IMG/VR virus record: IMGVR_UViG_2579778871_000004
Location: 1-40,968 of that record
Reading direction: 5' to 3' (one strand)
From: a virus
Taxonomy: Duplodnaviria; Heunggongvirae; Uroviricota; Caudoviricetes
Length of the DNA stretch: 40,968 nucleotides
The notes under the pieces are model-generated. The model was given only the letters and a program-made list of their open reading frames with translations, was not told the origin of the DNA and made no database searches. Shown here piece by piece: positions 38,902 through 40,968 of this stretch (the stretch's first letter is position 1; each line of letters begins with the position of its first letter). The translations under genes were made by a program, and so were the position numbers.

Positions 38902-40968
38902 ATGACAGACATTACAGCCAATGTGATCGTATCGATGCCTTCGCAACTCTTCACTATGGCGCGTTCTTTTAAAGCGGTTGCCAATGGCAAAATTTATATC
39001 GGTAAAATTGACACTGACCCGGTAAATCCTGAAAACCAGATTCAGGTTTATGTAGAGAACGAAGACGGCTCTCACGTTCCTGTTTCGCAACCAATCATCA
39101 TTAACGCTGCCGGTTACCCAGTATATAACGGACAGATTGCCAAATTCGTTACCGTGCAAGGTCATTCGATGGCTGTTTATGATGCATATGGTGCGCAGCA
39201 GTTCTATTTTCCTAATGTGTTGAAGTATGACCCTGACCAGTTAAGAGTATACGTCAATGAAATGCGTGACGAAATATTGCCAGGGGTTGTATTCCCTAAT
39301 GATGTAAGAGCTACGGCAAAGGTTGGAGATATTATTCCTGTTGGTACAACAGATATTCACACTGAATTTGGATTATTTTATATATCACCTCCAGCAAGCG
39401 GAACAATATCGTCATTGAGTCAAAACTCCGCAGTGATTGGCGGGGTAACTTGTTATCTTGAAAAAAGAACACGGTCTAGAAGCACAAAAATTAGCGACTG
39501 GACATCACCTGACAGTGATATAACATCACTAATCAGTATGTTGTTAATATATTTTGATGAGATTTACATAGATATAAATGTAAAAATAACAAATAACGTA
39601 ATATCAAGCCTTGACAATAAAAAAATATTAGCCATCAATCAGGCTAGAATAACTTTGACAGGATCATTGTTTAATAAGAGCTTTGGTGCAATAGAATTAA
39701 CAGGGAATAATATAGAAGTAAGAGATCTGTATTTCAATGGTGATTCAGATGTGACGCCATTAAGAATGGGAAATACTTCTTACGGATCTGCTGATTCAAC
39801 TAGACGATCAAAGATAAGGGCCATTAGATGCACCTTTGATGGAACCGGTCATAAGGGAGCTAACCATGGTAACTTTGTCGTTATCGGCGCTATTGACCCT
39901 GAGATAACCATGCCAAGGTTTATAGGACAATCTAAGGCCGGTGGTAACATGGAGATACTTGGAGTTAAGGGTGGGTTTGTTCAGGGAGGATACGCAGAAA
40001 ACGGGCTGCTTGTTAATTATCATGCTACTTCTGCTGACGGTATTGGATTTCCTACTACTGATTTTCAGTTCATAAACTGTGAAGGAATTCATAATTCATC
40101 AGTTCTTGGGAATGTCGATGGCGCTATAGGTGGTAACAATAACATTAAGTTCTCACGCGGATGCACTAACTGCAAGATTGTTGGCGGTAAATTTACCAGT
40201 ATCGCAAATGGTGCTTTTAATGGTAATGATAGCGTGATAGCTATTCAAGGTTGTAGTAACAATCTCATAGAAGATGTTTTAATCTTCATGAATAATAATG
40301 GTGATTTTAAAAGAGCGTATGATTTATACGACCATAGCGAATCATTAACAGACTGTCTTGACAACAAGATAAGAGGTGGATTTGTACAAATAAACACTCC
40401 AGGGCAGTACAACAGAATCTGCAACGTTAGATCTGACTCAGGAAAGTCAGTGAGAAGGAATAAGTTAGAGAACGTTTCATTCAACTGCTTTAATGGGTCA
40501 AATACCGTTGATGCAATTATGGAGCAATTTAGTTCAACTTCAGGAATGGTATCAGATCAGCAAGTAACTAATTGCTCAGGGCTTGGAGTTTCAACTGTTT
40601 TAAGGAACAGGTCTGGATTGTCAGCAACAGCAGTTACATACCTAAATGGCAACAGAATAGGTAAAGTGTTTGATACATACATACTTGATACAGGTGTTGT
40701 TAAGATTATAAACTCACCATGTGTTGTAAATATAAATAGCTCAGGAGTTCTGTTATCAGCAGTTGGATGCTTAGCATCCAAAACATCACCTGGTGTTTGG
40801 GTGATAACATTTCCGACAGACATGTCGACTGCAGGATATACATTTACGTCACCAGGAACTGGGAGATACATGGTCGTAAACAAGGTATCTGCAACCTCAT
40901 GGACTATTGTAACGTACAGCAATACAGGGTCACCAACTGAACTTGAGTGCAGTATTTCATTCCAATAA
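38902..40968 (+). CDS. Tailspike: P22 gp9-type N-terminal head-binding domain fused to a distinct beta-helix receptor-binding/depolymerase domain
   Basis: First ~110 aa ([11 protein letters not shown]...[21 protein letters not shown]...[13 protein letters not shown]) match the gp9 head-binding domain; remainder is Gly/Asn-rich with beta-helix-like repeats and is AT-rich. Confidence 0.85.
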   Translation: MTDITANVIVSMPSQLFTMARSFKAVANGKIYIGKIDTDPVNPENQIQVYVENEDGSHVPVSQPIIINAAGYPVYNGQIAKFVTVQGHSMAVYDAYGAQQFYFPNVLKYDPDQLRVYVNEMRDEILPGVVFPNDVRATAKVGDIIPVGTTDIHTEFGLFYISPPASGTISSLSQNSAVIGGVTCYLEKRTRSRSTKISDWTSPDSDITSLISMLLIYFDEIYIDINVKITNNVISSLDNKKILAINQARITLTGSLFNKSFGAIELTGNNIEVRDLYFNGDSDVTPLRMGNTSYGSADSTRRSKIRAIRCTFDGTGHKGANHGNFVVIGAIDPEITMPRFIGQSKAGGNMEILGVKGGFVQGGYAENGLLVNYHATSADGIGFPTTDFQFINCEGIHNSSVLGNVDGAIGGNNNIKFSRGCTNCKIVGGKFTSIANGAFNGNDSVIAIQGCSNNLIEDVLIFMNNNGDFKRAYDLYDHSESLTDCLDNKIRGGFVQINTPGQYNRICNVRSDSGKSVRRNKLENVSFNCFNGSNTVDAIMEQFSSTSGMVSDQQVTNCSGLGVSTVLRNRSGLSATAVTYLNGNRIGKVFDTYILDTGVVKIINSPCVVNINSSGVLLSAVGCLASKTSPGVWVITFPTDMSTAGYTFTSPGTGRYMVVNKVSATSWTIVTYSNTGSPTELECSISFQ

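Larger units (their letters stand above)
1331..40968. mobile_element. Lambdoid prophage (lambda-type integration, nin, Q and lysis modules; P22-type morphogenesis and immI), left end at attL, right end beyond window
   Basis: Continuous phage gene order from attL/int to tailspike; host gene only at 1-1284. Confidence 0.9.

Noticed and set aside
1-40968. cos site for lambda-type packaging
   Set aside because: Lysis genes are followed by a P22-type small terminase with an internal pac-like sequence; no Nu1/A-type terminase or cos context recognised, so packaging is inferred to be headful.

Overview
The window is almost entirely one lambdoid prophage integrated at the lambda attachment site next to host ybhC (1-1284, minus strand). 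The attL core GCTTTTTTATACTAA lies at 1331-1345 and the prophage runs past the right edge of the window. Gene order is prophage-typical: int-xis, a leftward block of small accessory ORFs, a Rad52-like annealase plus SSB recombination module, kil/cIII-like genes, a pL-operon insert, sieB, a P22-gene-24-type N, nutL, OL/pL, a repressor with a co-transcribed membrane protein, OR, cro, nutR, cII, an iteron-containing O-like initiator with a DnaB-type helicase, a lambda-like nin region with an adenine methyltransferase, Q, pR', and S-R-Rz/Rz1. The virion module is P22-like (pac-type small and large terminase, portal, scaffold, coat, gp4, gp10, tail needle, gp14/7/20/16, mnt-arc-ant immI, tailspike). 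The phage is therefore a lambda/P22 mosaic. No rRNA, tRNA or CRISPR array was seen. All homology calls are from recognition of the translated ORFs and motifs by memory; no alignment or database search was run. The most interesting candidates for undescribed functions are the accessory slots: a divergent inner-membrane/lipoprotein pair at the sieA position (36443-37310), a membrane protein co-transcribed with the repressor at the rex position (10081-10449), a terminator-bounded two-gene insert in the pL operon (7463-8635), the cargo block between xis and ssb (2776-5633), an unknown gene wedged between coat and gp4 (28682-29275), and a tailspike with a swapped, AT-rich receptor-binding domain.
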